Shown here: positions 27,241 to 27,545 of the stretch, piece after piece
Layout of the letters: every line of letters begins with the position of its first letter
Numbering within the stretch: the stretch's first letter is position 1
Origin: an uncultured Dehalococcoidia bacterium
GTDB lineage: Bacteria > Chloroflexota > Dehalococcoidia > Lucifugimonadales > UBA3495
Length of the DNA stretch: 27,545 bases
Direction of reading: 5' to 3'
Assembly: GCA_950072105.1 (NCBI GenBank)
Contig: CATMOE010000049.1
Coordinates: forward strand, 1-27,545
Notes under the pieces: model-generated
The model's database searches: none
The model's input: only the letters and a program-made list of their open reading frames with translations
What the model was told of the DNA's origin: nothing
Translations under genes and position numbers: made by a program

Positions 27241-27545
27241 CTAGCCGTAGCCCAGCCGGTGCAGGTCTTCTTCATTCATCCCGATGCAGTGCCCAATCTC
27301 ATGCCACAAAGTTATCTTGATTTCTCGCTCCGCTTGCTCCCGGGAAGAGCAGCTACGCAATATAGGCTGCCGGTAGATCGTGATTTTATCTGGGAGGGAA
27401 AGACCGGAACCTTCCCTTTCCGGCAAGGGCACTCCGCTGTACAACCCAAAGAGGGTCCCTGGCTCTTCCAGCAACTCCAAGTCTTCCTTTCGCGGCCACT
27501 CTTCCACCACGATATCCATGTTGGTGATGGCCTGTATCATTTCGG
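27241..27545 (-). CDS. Zincin_1-type metallopeptidase family protein (5' end outside the window)
   Basis: LFGLYSGVPLPER...PDKITIYRQPI...ITLWHEIGH..GM.E..L..LGY (HExxH). Confidence 0.9.
   Translation of the reverse strand, partial: EMIQAITNMDIVVEEWPRKEDLELLEEPGTLFGLYSGVPLPEREGSGLSLPDKITIYRQPILRSCSSREQAEREIKITLWHEIGHCIGMNEEDLHRLGYG

Overview
Bacterial genomic window of moderately high GC. Gene content and style (short EF-Ts, PAC2, DUF1800, CxxC..CLQCG zinc ribbon, AGAAC-N4-GTTCT-type box) suggest Chloroflexota/Dehalococcoidia, possibly SAR202-like; this placement is inference. Most of the window is housekeeping: infC-rpmI-rplT (+) converges on pheS-pheT-moeA-hypothetical (-), and the long rpsB-tsf-pyrH-frr-uppS-cdsA-dxr-rseP-ispG-proS cluster lies on the - strand. 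The left end has a partial DUF1800 gene and a + strand run of hydrolase/protease-related genes (site-2 protease, amidohydrolase, PAC2, frameshifted M20 peptidase). Between pheS and proS is a small accessory block. It holds (i) a translationally coupled zinc-ribbon + degenerate RuvC-fold operon with a LexA-like SOS box over its promoter, which is the best candidate for an undescribed system, (ii) a DUF1684 gene, and (iii) a DUF3467-like + HicB-like pair with paired palindromes upstream and no visible toxin. Other oddities are a ~100-aa beta-rich insertion in RseP, an AUA start and 21-bp tandem-repeat tail in infC, and a His-rich N-terminus on MoeA. No rRNA, tRNA, CRISPR array or transposase was seen. 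All family calls are from motif recognition, not database searches.
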